Assembly: GCF_038025025.1 (NCBI RefSeq)
Contig: NW_027117342.1
Coordinates: forward strand, 620,001 to 684,000
From: Phyllosticta citribraziliensis
Lineage: Eukaryota
Direction of reading: 5' to 3'
Length of the DNA: 64,000 nucleotides
This document shows positions 24,233-36,160 of this stretch, piece by piece. The translations under genes and the position numbers were made by a program. Under the pieces are notes generated by a model that was not told the origin of the DNA, did no database searches, and worked only from the letters and a program-made list of their open reading frames with translations. How positions within the stretch are numbered: the first letter of the stretch is position 1; every line of letters begins with the position of its first letter.

Positions 24233-25645
24233 CTAAATGTCCATGCTCCATCTAGAGCGCAGGTCCCTGGATGACTCGGAGTCTGAAGAGGCTGCCATGT
24301 AGTCATCACTGGGAAACCAAGGACTGAGTGACCTCAGTTGAAGCTCCTCGATGGAGTTGATTGGGGGCAACTTTATTCGGGCTTCAAGCGTAGGAGATTT
24401 GACAAACTGGGAGTTGAGCAGTGCGCCTGGAGACACGAGCTCTTGCAGCAGGTTGAGCGAGCTGTCGCGGACCATCAATGGGGCGGGCTTCGAGACCGTC
24501 TTGGGTCGCACTATCTCGTGGATATTTTCTTTGTATCGAACGGATTTTTTAAGGTCGGTGGAGGCTCTAACAGGTGGGGCGGGTCGTTCTAATTCCGAGT
24601 CTCCTGAGTGAATGGCACAAGGGGGTGTCCGGGATTGTGATACCTTGGTGGTTGATCCAGCTCCAGCGTTGCCCGATATTGAAACCAATGGATTTCCAGA
24701 ATCATGCCGGCCGTGAATGCTGCCTTCCGAAGTGTCCGAATCCTCGGCAATCGATGGTCGTTCCAAACTGGCTTTGTTTAGCGTGACTGAAGAAGTGGAG
24801 GCTTTCCGGGCCTTGGTATACTTTTCGTTGGTGATGGTGGTGAAGGAGTTTCCTCTCGAGACGGACGGCCTGTCGGGCGTTTCTCCTCTTTTCAATCTCT
24901 CCTCAATCTGTCTGTGGCTCATTTCCCTCTGCAGACTAGTGTCTGGTCGACTGCTCGTGGTACTGCCACTGCGGCTTCGGATGGACCTGGACTTGCCTGA
25001 CATGACCTTGGCGCTCGGAGGAGGCCTCAACATCCAATGGTTGTCGCCGACATTTGGGGATAGTGCGCTGACGACTGGAGGATGGTAGTCATTGACTGGT
25101 GGGGCGCGAGGGTGGTAATAACTGTCGCTCGCCGAGCGTCCAGTGCTCGGTCTTCCCAGGACCACAAGACCAGCTGATGATCCGGCGCTACTTGGTTGCC
25201 TCGCGGGCCCTCCTCTTGAACTCAGTGTTTCCGAAGCCCATGCGTCCTCGTCGTCCCTCTGTCGTTTGCTCCAATATTCGTCGTTCAATGTCGACTCGGA
25301 GGCCGTCGGTGACGTAGCGCAACGGATTGCAGCGCCGGGATCGCTATTCGTGTAGCTGCCGGTCGAACTTTGGGTGCCAGTGGTTGCCGTCTTGCGCGGA
25401 CCTTTTTTGTTCTTCCCGCGGGTTGGAGGACCAGGGCCGAGGGCGATTTCTTCGTTCCAGTGCGGGTTTGTGGAGGAAATGTCGGGCTGACGGTACATGT
25501 CGGGCTGGTCCAGGGTCAAGGCGCGCTTCTCGGCGCGGTCCCGCCGTGCTTGTTTTCTGCGTCGACGCTGAAAGGCATAGCCGGTGCATGGAGCGCAAGA
25601 GAGGTAGTAGAAGAGGGCCGACTGGATGCCTCTGGCGAGAGACAT
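24233..25645 (-). CDS. Hypothetical protein, mostly disordered Ser/Arg-rich (470 aa)
   Basis: Single long ORF with a good ATG context. Structured-looking N-terminus (FYYLSCAPC...YRQP...TNPHWNEEIALGPGPP) and C-terminal RWSMDI. Confidence 0.75.
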   Translation of the reverse strand: MSLARGIQSALFYYLSCAPCTGYAFQRRRRKQARRDRAEKRALTLDQPDMYRQPDISSTNPHWNEEIALGPGPPTRGKNKKGPRKTATTGTQSSTGSYTNSDPGAAIRCATSPTASESTLNDEYWSKRQRDDEDAWASETLSSRGGPARQPSSAGSSAGLVVLGRPSTGRSASDSYYHPRAPPVNDYHPPVVSALSPNVGDNHWMLRPPPSAKVMSGKSRSIRSRSGSTTSSRPDTSLQREMSHRQIEERLKRGETPDRPSVSRGNSFTTITNEKYTKARKASTSSVTLNKASLERPSIAEDSDTSEGSIHGRHDSGNPLVSISGNAGAGSTTKVSQSRTPPCAIHSGDSELERPAPPVRASTDLKKSVRYKENIHEIVRPKTVSKPAPLMVRDSSLNLLQELVSPGALLNSQFVKSPTLEARIKLPPINSIEELQLRSLSPWFPSDDYMAASSDSESSRDLRSRWSMDI

Positions 25646-25858
25646 GGTGATGGTGTGTAAGATGAGGGGTCCGGGTGGACTGGCGATGGGGTGGAATGGG
25701 GTGACTGGGGCGGGCGAGATCTAAACGAGGAAGCAGGCCATGTTCCTTTGGTGAAAGCAGCGCGGAGAGGGCGGGAGCGAGCGAGTGGTGAGCGTCCAGT
25801 CGCAGCTGCTGGCGAAGGTTGGGCTGCTGCTAATTGTTGTCGGCGACGGGGACTGGCT

Positions 25859-25893
25859 GGTGCCAGGTGCCAGGTGCCAGGTGCCAGGTGCCA
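25859..25893. repeat. 7-bp tandem repeat (GGTGCCA) x5
   Basis: Perfect ggtgcca x5, ~210 bp upstream of the 25645 ATG. Confidence 0.9.
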
Positions 25894-26795
25894 GGTAGCG
25901 GGGGTCAGGCAAGGAGCGGCAGCCAGCTCAGGCAGGTCGGCATCAGTTTAGGCGTGGCGGGGCACCCTGCGAGAGAAATGATTTGTTGTCTTGGATCTGG
26001 TGTCGCTGAAGAGTCCTCGGCCTGCCGGGACTGGATTGGATTCGAGTCGAGCCTCTTCTCCTATTTTGGAAGGGGGTAACAATGTCTTGATGGAGCGGCG
26101 CGCGGCGCTGATCGCGACGTTTTGATGAAACGAACGAGCCCGGGCACCGCCACGGCACCTCTGCTGAAATTGCGGCCTCTGTCGTTTCGAGCGCAGGTCC
26201 ACCACGGCCTTGAACTGTCAGTTGTCAGCGAGTGGGAGACTTGCCGTGATCATACCGTAGGCCTCGGTGAAGTGAGGAGAGGAGCCACCGGAGCTGGAAA
26301 CGCGGCCATTCCGTCCGTCCACTCGTGGCCTGTCGCGCTGAAGATGCAGGGAACCCTCTCCTGCGAGCCGCATCACCAAACAAAACGGCCTCCTGCACTC
26401 ATTGTCGTGTCCAAGGGGGGCCGTACATGTCCACGACGCATCAGAGTTTGGTGGAGACGCTGAGGTTGTCAGTCTGCATGCCGTCGTCTGATGCCGTCCG
26501 GGTCCGCATGCAGCGTCGTACCGTCAATTGCCGACTCACCACGCAGGACACCGTAAGTACCTGTATAGTAAGTACCTCCATCGTAAGTACTTTCATCGCA
26601 GGCTTTTCCCTAGCATACCGGTAGGTATCCACTATCGAAGTTGATTGCTTCAATCATGTCCTCACCGCAGTCATGTTGTTTGCGTTGTGCCATGTGCCAT
26701 GTGCTCGCGGCTGCCTGCACCGCACCAGCTTCATGCCATGAATAAATCCCAACTCCAAACCCAACCCACTCTCCACCTCTCATCACACCCGGATC

Positions 26796-28729
26796 ATGGC
26801 TTTACCACTCGTTGAGGAGCCGCCTGCGCCTCATCCCACTCCGGTCGAAGAGCAGCCCATTGCCACTCCGTACCAAATCCCAGCTGCGGTACCCGCCCAT
26901 CCTCTCACCAACGACATCATTCGTCAGGTCGAATACTACTTTTCAGACGAAAATCTCCCTACCGACCCTCACTTGCTTGGAAAATGTGGCGGCCGCGAGA
27001 ATCGACCCGTTTCCATCAGGTCCATCTGCGGCTTCAAAAAGATGCGACAGTACAAGCCCTTTTCCCAAGTTGGTACGTTGACAGCCACTTCTCACCGGCG
27101 CCTCGCTGATGGTCCAACAGTTGAGTCTCTGAAGAAGAGTGCCTTTTTGGACGTGTTGCCCGACAAGACCGTCCGGCGCAAGATTCCTCTTCAATGCAAG
27201 ACTGTGCTTGATCCAGATTTCAACCAAGAATCCGACACTGAGGCTGCTCCCCAAGTCTCTGAGACGCTCAAGGCGGCAAATAGTGAAGCCAAGACCCAAC
27301 CCAAGGCCCAAACTCAACCTCAGCAGCAGCCCAAGGCTCGAGGATGGGACAAGGCCCATGGATTCGAGGAATTCTTCGCTGATGCTCCAGTGACGCCGGC
27401 TGATTACAAGGAGGAGCTCTCCATGTACGATCCGGCGACGGATTTTCGACTGTAAGTGCAAATCTTCTTCCATCGACCATGCTGACATTTCAGGCGTACG
27501 GAGATTGCCATTCAACGTTTTCGATCGAGGCGCAACATGCACGAAAAGTACTCCGCCGTCTTTGCCAGATTCATGAAATACGGCGGCATTGATTCAAGCC
27601 CGCGTCAATTCACCGGCAAACTCAGCGATCAGGACTTTGAGGATAGAGATCCCGCCGACAAGGCTCTCATGCTTGCTACCTATACGATCGACCTGGACAA
27701 GGACGATCCCAATGCTTGGCCTGTCGACTTTGAGGGCGTGGCCAAAGGCTTCTTGTAAGTTCACTCGAGATAGAGCGAATCTTGGAGCAAAGCTTACTGA
27801 ATAGGTCTTCGCACTGGCCGCAATCCTGCTACTTCGACCTCGAGTCTATCGAGCGTGCGACCAGAGTCATCAAGAACTTTTTCAACTATCTCCTCCATCA
27901 CAATGTCTGCCCCGAGTACCTGAGCGACCTCTACGCAGCTCGCAAGGTTTGCGATCAAGCCAACATTGAATTCCCAAAAATCACCGAATTGGCTCACAAT
28001 TTGCCTGACGAGTTCAACATTTCGTGCAGCCTCCTCTGCAACGGCTACCATGCTGATACTCTCGTCCCTCGTCCGGGTTGGGACTGCGGAGAGCGCAACG
28101 AGGAAATCAAGTTTGTCGACAACCCCGAAGCCAAAGCTCGTCTCGTTTTGACCATGGCCGTTACAACTCTTGGTAACGAGGCGCAGGCAGAAATGTTGCG
28201 CAAATATCAAGCCAAGGAAATGCCCATCACCTTTGTCGGCTCTGATGAGGACGTCACCTTTGAGGTTACTGGTGTGGAGCTTCCTTCGGCCGAGAATCTT
28301 GCCCTCTACGACAAGCTCAACAAGACTGTCCTCGGCAACAAGGATTTCACCGTCAAGCCACTCGGAAAGCTCTACGGCAAACACGTCGACCTGCCCAACT
28401 TTGCCCCACCTGATCTTCCCAAGTGGCGCCACGAAGAAATTCGCAAGTCCAAGGTCAACAAGACGTACGAGTTTTGGCTGGAGGCAGAGCTGCTGGAGAA
28501 TTGTTTCGTCGGCATGAAGATGTGTGGGATGCTTCGTCAAGTCAACTTTGGATTCCAAGTCCTGGAGCAAGTCCACAACGTCTTGGCCAGCTTCTACACT
28601 TGTTTGCCAAACGAGCTTTTGACCAAGTGGAAGGAGCCAGTTTTCTTGACGGATGCGGAGATGATGGCCAAACTCTCAAGACATGATATTTTGGAGGACT
28701 CTCGTGGATCAGAAGTGGTTGTGGAGTAG
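26796..28729 (+). CDS. ARB1: Arb1 (Argonaute siRNA chaperone complex subunit) with N-terminal La motif
   Basis: La motif IIRQVEYYFSDENL...ICGFKKM. Arb1-type motifs GFEEFFADAPVTP, EIAIQRF, VDFEGVAKGFLSS, NFFNYLLHHNVCPEY, SFYTCLPNE. Three introns. Confidence 0.85.
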
Positions 28730-29454
28730 CATGCGGTCTCAGGCAGATTTCAGGTCGGCGAGGTTGCATGAATTCAAAACGGTGATGGAGTCGAGGTATC
28801 AAAGAAATCATTCCATATGAATGAAGTAGCAGCAAACATAAGACCAATAAAGGCATGATGAAAGAAAACGAGGCGGAGAACCAGACATCAATCAGAAAAC
28901 AACAAGTTGTCTGCACGTGCAGTGCAGGAACACGATAAGCAGCCTCACCCATGGCAACCAACAAACAGAGTGCAGCGGAAAAGTTGCCCAACAAGGCCTC
29001 GCCGTGTTCCGCAGCGAATCCAACGCAGACGTCAGACGCAAGCCTCTTGATTTTGGCAACAGTCGGTGGGCGGGCTTGGCCGCGGCGAGGGGGTTGGAGG
29101 AGGCTGGTCGGCCGTCAATATACCCGCCACGCCTTGCATCTTGTACCCACTTCATGTTGCCTCCCTCGCCCTCTGCATTCCACACCAGCACTGTCTTTTC
29201 GCTCAGTCCCAGTCCCTCGTTCGCCTTGAAAGTGAGTCCAGAGAAATTGGCAGGAGCTTGAGGCTCTGTTCTTTTTGCTCTGGCAGGCATCTCTCTCCAC
29301 CCTCCGGAAGATCGCCTAGTTCCCGCAGACCAGACCCCACACCGACTGGACGACCCGACCTGGACCACATCCTGACGGCCTCGTTGCGCCAGTCGCCAGC
29401 TCGACTGCTCGCCGCGTGTGCGAGCCTCGTGCGCTCGCATTCCTCCATCCCAAC

Positions 29455-30682
29455 ATGTCGCCCGGAATGAGCTGGAGGTCGGCGAGCTTGGCCTCGACAT
29501 TCCTCGCGGCGCTACTGGGAACCTCCCCGCGGTCCATCCAGGTTTCGGCCAACCCCATCCAAACATCGGCGCCACGACTTGAACAGGTGCCCTTTGAAGA
29601 TGCCTACAACGAACTCGTCAATGCAACGCTGGTGCGTCGAGGAACCTGTGCAAATCCTTGCGGCTGGTCCGGTCAACTCTGCTGCGAGGCCGCCGGCCAA
29701 TGCTACACCGACGCCAACAACCAGGCCCAGTGCGGCGCCGGCGCAACGAGCTCCGGATACTGGCAATACTACACTACCACCATTGTCGAGACCGACACCA
29801 TCACCCGCACCGTGACTTCGAGCAGCTGGTATGGAGGCGGAGGGACGGCCGCCACGGGCTCAGCCTCGTGCAACTACAACAAGGGCGAGACGGCCTGCGG
29901 AAACATTTGCTGCACCAACGAGCAGTACTGCATGCTATCAGGACAGTGTGCAGCCGTCGGCGCGACCGCCTCCCCCGGCCTCACCGCAACGGGTACGGCT
30001 GCTTCCTACTCTGCTCCTCTGAGACCCACTTCGGGAACACTGATAGTTGTTACAGCAACTGAGTCCCCAACTACGACCGTCCCTTATGAGACGCCAGTAG
30101 CTACGGGCGCCAGTGGCATTGGTGTCAGCGCTTCATCCGGCGGCGGCGGCGGTGGGCTCAGCGGAGGCGAAATCGCCGGCATCGTCATTGGCGTGCTCGC
30201 CGGCATTTTCCTGCTCGGCCTGCTCATTCTCTTTTTCTGCGCAAAGGCTGCGTTTGACGGCCTCCTGGCCCTCTTTGGCCTGGGCCGCAAAAAGCGCGTC
30301 CGCGAGACGTACGTCCAAGAGCGCTACCGCCATTCGTCTGGCAGTCGACACTCGGGCTGGTACGGCGACCGGCCGCCGCCTCCTCGACCCGTGGAAACGA
30401 GGAAGACTGGTATCGGGGCTGGAGGACTCTTCGCCGGCCTTGGTGCCATTGGGGCAGCTTTGGGTCTCAGCAAGGCTCGGAAGACGCGCGCGGATGAGAA
30501 GAGCACCACCTCGTACGGCAGCAGCTACTACTACTCGGACTACACCAGCACCAGTAAGTCGTCCGGTTGTCCTGCAGACAAGTATTCACGTTATAACAGT
30601 CCCTTCAGGTAGCGCAAGTACAGATCCGAGCGACAGGCGAACCGCAACCCGCGTCACCCGGTATACGTCGTCTCGTCGTTGA
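29455..30682 (+). CDS. Single-pass membrane protein with a Cys-rich/Thr-rich ectodomain (Mid2/Skg6-like layout)
   Basis: Signal-like N-terminus, two small Cys clusters (CANPCGWSGQLCC; CGNICC), Thr-rich stalk, LSGGEIAGIVIGVLAG TM helix, Tyr/Ser cytoplasmic tail, one intron near the end. Confidence 0.8.
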
Positions 30683-31624
30683 TCTCATTAGCATGCTCGA
30701 TTGGGGATACGTCCGTCGTCCGACAGACGTTGGAGCCTCATACAGCCCATACTCACCCATTCGACACCTACTCATTTTCCACGGCGTTTGACCGGTCGAC
30801 GGAGTCGACAGATTCGGCGGCTCGATTCGATGAGGGACCGCGGCATGTGCGGATAATGGGCTCGATTCTATGCGTAATATGCGGTATCTGGTTAGAATGG
30901 CCAGCAGTACTGGTAGTCGTGTCTGGCCAAGGAGGACGCCAGGTCTGAGGAGGAACCAAGGTCTGAGGATGGCCAGAGGTTCGATGCGGAGGTCACGACC
31001 TCTACTTGACGAATGATGATAGCACCATGGATACCCACATTTAGGGAAGGTTAGGTAGCGAATAGCATGTCAGCGGCATGAAGTCGGACAGCATGGAGAG
31101 AGTGAGTTGGGCATGGTAGCTAATACTATCTGTCGATGGACATGTTGCTGTGATTTCGTAACGTGAAAGTAGGTGGTGTCTTGGATCAGCTGGATACTGA
31201 CCAAAGACGGCGCTGAAGTTTGGAAAGTTTGTAGGGAGAAGATGGAATCATTGAATGGTCGGCGGCATCATCCGAGGTCTCTGTGAGGGCCAAGCAAGTG
31301 GACGGGAGGAAGAAGAGGAGAGACGAGCAAAAGCCGGAAATCGGGTCCCAAACTGCCGCCGGCCACCGCCCCACCACGCACAGACCGGGGTTCAACTTGG
31401 ACAGCCAGCCGACCACCTCCACTGCCTACACACGTCCCACTCGACCTCCTCCCTCCTCACCCACGGACGCTCCGTCATCAACAACTACGCCGGCACATCT
31501 CCCCTCTCCACTCTACCGCTCGTGGATCTCACCAGGCAGCTTGCTGCACCTCAATCTTCAACCCGCGTCAGTCGGTTCATCAGCTGCAGAGCCGGCCCGC
31601 TCATTGCCCACCACCACTACCACC

Positions 31625-32154
31625 ATGACGCTCCGCGCAACGACCATGGCCCTCGCCCGCGCAACCGCGCTGCGCCACTCGTCGGCCGTCTCTCCCGCCA
31701 CCGCCGCCATGCCCTTCTTCAAGAGCAGCGCCAGCAGCACCAGCAGCATGCGGCCCTTTACGTCGTCGACTCCGAAGCTGGGCGGCGGAGGCGAGCACCA
31801 CCACTCGGAAGACATGTACGACACGCCGGGCGGGTGGCTGTGGGGCCAGAACCCGCGCGAAAAGTACGAGGAGGAGGGCTGGGAGAAGCTGTGGTACTGG
31901 GGGTTCTTTGGCGGCTTGGGCGTCGCCGCCATTGCGTACCAGTTCAAGCCCGACACGACGTGCGTTGATCTCCCCTTTCTCGTCGGACGATCCTGCCTGT
32001 GATTGACTATTTGTGTGATATTGCGATGATTGTTGGGAGGGACGGAGAAAGTTTGTCGCCTTTAGCTGACGCGCGCTGCAGTATCGAGACGTGGGCACTC
32101 GAGGAGGCACGGAGACGGCTTCAGGCTGAGGGCATCTTGCCCGAAAGCAAGTGA
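31625..32154 (+). CDS. NDUFB11: Mitochondrial complex I ESSS subunit (NDUFB11-like)
   Basis: Presequence, YDTPGGWLWG, EEEGWEKLWY, TM helix, KPDT/TIETWALEEARRRL across one intron. Confidence 0.88.
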
Positions 32155-33893
32155 ATGCCGCCTTTCTTGACCTGACCCACGCCACCTCAATGACCACACT
32201 CCGGCTTGTCTTGAATTCCTCCGCCAGCTCTGACTCTTGGCCGCCAAGCCTGCATGTATATTGCGGCTGATGAGGTTCATGGGATGATTACTTCCCGGAT
32301 CTCTGTGACGGCTGGCTGGTTGGCTGGTGACTGACGAACTGACTGGCTCGTGTCGGATACAACTACAACCAGACTACAGCTTTCGTTTCCCTTTTTCTTT
32401 TCCGTCTGCTTCTTAGAACGATATGCCCCTTTCCTCTTCATCTCCCAAGCGAACAAACAACCAACCCAACCACACGACCAATCGACCAATCCAAAACAAG
32501 AAGAGCGTCTGTCTTATGCCCACCACTGCTTCAGCGTTGTAGATACGGACGGGACCAATAAATCAATCAGTCATGCCACACCGGCTGGCTGGCTGCTTTG
32601 GGCGCGATGGGCGTGCAAGCGAAGAGAAGCGAAGAGAAAATGGGGTAAGACACGTGAACTGAACGGGAAAGCAATTTCTTTGTCTCCTTTTTCCTTTCTT
32701 TGCGTTCGTTGCTCTCTTGATACATTTCCATCTCATCTCCTTTGTCTCTGTCGACTCGTCCTGTCTTTGATAGACCGCGTGAGGAGATGGGCGATGTCTG
32801 CCTAGCTGTTGGAATTCTTTCGATGCAGTGGGCCTTGCCTTGTGAGTTGTATGCGTGCGTGTGTTTGTCCTGGGTTTGTCGCCTGCCTGTCGTCTCGCTG
32901 TGGCTGCTGCTGCCGCTGCCATCGCCCACAACGTCCTCCCTTCGATCTTGCCTGTCTCCCGATACCTTCTCGCTGGCACATCTGCAAGGCTTTTCGCACA
33001 TGTAGTCGCTGTGCAGCCCTCGCTCGCCCAAGGCCTGTCCATCACATGCCGTATCATGTCTACTTGCCCACCATGGTCTCAGCCAACTCTTGAAAGCCGT
33101 GATGTGGTGGCTACGCTCCCTCGCCCTCTTACCTGATCAGCGTGATGAGTCTGTTTGAGTGATGATGATCCTCACTCGATGTGCTTGATGTGGAGAATGT
33201 CTAGTGTTGTCTGTAGTCTAGCTACCCTGGATAAGGATTCAATAAGTCCACTCATTCAGCGATTGTGTATTTCTCAAAGACGTTGCACAATTGTTTGTAT
33301 TTGTGGGTGCGGAGGCGAGTAGGAGGAGGTGAAATCGTTGATCAACTGGTCATATATCTCGACTAGAAATTTGCAACCCTTTGGCTGACTCATCGCTTCG
33401 ATAGTAAAGTCATGTCTCCTTTCTTATTCTTACTCGTGCAGAATGCAGGCTGTTGTCGTTACAGTTCCCTGCAGCACATAGTGGTATGGTACATCTCCCT
33501 GTCACAAAAGAATCGATGAATTAAGCCATTCATTCTCTCAATCAGCAGCCCATACCATCTACCAGCAAGACTGCAACAAAAAGATGCACAAAGCCCGCTT
33601 CTCCGCAGCCAAAACCGTGGCGCACGCAGCATGAAAGCAGAGGAGCAGACGGCACGAAGTTCAACCCCTCCTATACTCTAAGAAGGAATTCCAAGAAATC
33701 CCAGAGCTGCCACTTGGGAACGTTCGACCACCATTTGCAGGCCCTCATGATCTGGTGTCTCTCATCTGCCTGTTTGGTTTTGAAGCCTCACTCCCTGACC
33801 GCACAAGTCTCTCTCACTTCTCACGCGGCGCTCAACCATCCCCTCCCTTCCCCTCCTCCCCCTTTCCCCCTTTTCCTTCCCTCACCCACTCCC

Positions 33894-34214
33894 CTACTCC
33901 GTAGGCGCCCTCTCACTGACAACATGCAGCACATCCCAGCTCCGGCCGACCCTCAAGCGCCACGGAATGCGCACCGTCGCCACCACATTGCGCATGTTGG
34001 GCAAGTCGGCCCAGCGGGCGCGCTCGTCCGGCGTCAGCAGGTCCAGCTGCCGCACGGCGACGGTGCTGGCGCCGCGCGCCAGCTGCAGTGTCGTGTGCAC
34101 CGTGCGCGGCCCGGCGGATGCTAGCAGGCTGGACAGCTCGTTTGGGTGGATCGTGCTGATTGTGCCGTGGCCCGGGGAGGTGTAGGTGTGGCGGTAGAGG
34201 AGGATGGATGACAT
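33894..34214 (-). CDS. Small hypothetical protein (106 aa)
   Basis: ATG preceded by an A/C-rich leader (aaaaaacccaaccATG), mostly G/C-ending codons, stop followed by a purine tract. No family recognised. Confidence 0.55.
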   Translation of the reverse strand: MSSILLYRHTYTSPGHGTISTIHPNELSSLLASAGPRTVHTTLQLARGASTVAVRQLDLLTPDERARWADLPNMRNVVATVRIPWRLRVGRSWDVLHVVSERAPTE

Positions 34215-34759
34215 GGTTGGGTTTTTTGCGGTGGTTCTTTTGGGGGTTGTTGGTTGGTGTGCGTGGGTTGTGCTGTCTGGCAGGGAGGCGGCAGACGAAC
34301 GCTGTTTTACGTCGTCGCTGAGTGGGACCGAGGTCTTGTTCGTGGCTTTGTTGTGCTGCTGGCATTGTCCTGTAGAGTAGGCGTTGTCGTATTTTGCATT
34401 TGGGCATGAGGTAGGACGGTTTAGGACGCTTCACCGGGTCGGCTTTGTCTTCAGAATAGCTCCTCGACTTCCTCAATTGAGCAGAATCTGTCGACGAGGA
34501 ATACCTGATCGTGGTAGACTTCCTCGTCCAGTTTGCCTGGCTGCAGGACGGATTGAGATGTGACAAAGACTCTTTCTTCTCAGGATTGTTCCTCGTGTAC
34601 CTCACTCTTCACGGTAGGCCCCAGACTGGAACAAATTCAATTAATGACGGACTCGACTACCTACCCTTGTCCGGGGTATCACGCTTTGCTTTTAGTAACT
34701 ATGCGCCTGATCACCAAGAAGCCTACCAATGAGCCTCGTTCCACCTACCAATCACGTCC

Positions 34760-35735
34760 CTAACGGCGGTAGTTGCGGTCTCCACGTCGAATGTCGTCCG
34801 AGTAGAGGCGTTGCTCGTCCCAGCGGTCCTCGCGGCCATAGTCTCCCGTCGTGTCGACAAATCCGTATCTGCCGTCCTGGTAGTCTGGCTCGGCGCGCCT
34901 GGTTGATCTGGACTGGCGGTAGTTGCCGGGCTCGTTGTCGACTTCCATCGCCTCGTCCGCTGGTTCGTACAGCTTGCGTGGAGCCGACTGCGTGATGGGA
35001 GTGTCGTCCTTCATGTAGACGTAGAGGAGTCGACCATCGGCCTGTTCAATCAGCACTGCTCCGCGGCTTGGAGGGCATCCATACCTTGCGGTTGTTGAAT
35101 GTCGCAATGACATTCTCGGCGCCAGCCCTCTCCGCAAACTGCATCTCGGCGATGACCGTGGGACGCGCGCTCGTCAGCTTGCAGCTCACCATTTCTCCTC
35201 CCACATTGCCCATGACGGCCTCGATGTCTGCGGCGGTCGTTCCGGGCGCAAAGTTGCTCGCGACGACGGTGGAAAACTGAGGCGCGGCCCTTCCACGAAT
35301 GTTGATGTTGTCGGTCGGCTTGGGAGCCGCGGCCGTCTTAAAGCCGCCATTGAAGGACTGCGAACGCGTTTCGAGGCGGGGGGCAGAGTGTGTCCGGGCG
35401 GGCTTTGCAAAGCGCGCGCCCTTGGGGTTGTTTACGTGGTGCAAGTCGTGGCCCCAACGAGTCGAGTTGATGCTGGGCTTGGGGACGGCGGTGGACGAGC
35501 GCTGCGACGAGTAAGAGACGACCTTGAAGCTCAGAGATTCTCATACCTTGGTGACGCCAACGCGGCTTGCCAGGCTGCCAGCAGTGCCGCTGGCTTTGCG
35601 ATTGCTCGGGCCTGTCGGGGCAGACTTGCGGCGGCCGGAGCCCAGAATCTGATTTGCGAGGGCCTCGTCCTTTTTGCGCTCGCGGCTACGCTTGATGATG
35701 GAGTCGAAGGAGACCTGATCGTTGGTTGGTGCCAT
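34760..35735 (-). CDS. RRM-domain RNA-binding protein
   Basis: MAPTNDQVSFDSII..., RWGHDLH, RRM-like VVASNFAPGTTAADIE...IAEMQF...FNNRK/ADGRLLYVYM. Two introns. Confidence 0.82.
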
Positions 35736-36160
35736 TTTGCGCGTGAAATGAGGGTGAAGAGAGAGTGCAGGTAGGGTCCGCTGGTCGGCGGACCTCAGGA
35801 TGGACGCGACGTCGAGCTGGTGCACAGACCACTGCTTGTTTCCGCGGGCCGACTGGCCATCACCACGACACGACTTCCTCTTGGGTTGATTGTCTATGAA
35901 CCTACTCTCCGCTCTTTTATTTTTGAAACATATTCCCCGGTCATGAACAATTGATCCACCTTCATCGGTAGTGGTGCTCAACTACATGTCATGCTCATCT
36001 GCAAGGGCTTCACAGGAAGGGGTCAATGACACGACACCCTTACCCGAACTTGCCAAAGCCGCGCACAAGAGCAGAGGGAGCTCATACGCTTTGAACGGCA
36101 ACATCAGGAGCATTCAATCATCGTACTCATCATGATGGATAGGAACAGGCAGGGTTGCAG

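Noticed and set aside
33099..33260. RTGATGA box-C-like motifs suggesting a C/D snoRNA
   Set aside because: No suitably placed downstream CTGA box, terminal stem or recognisable rRNA antisense element.
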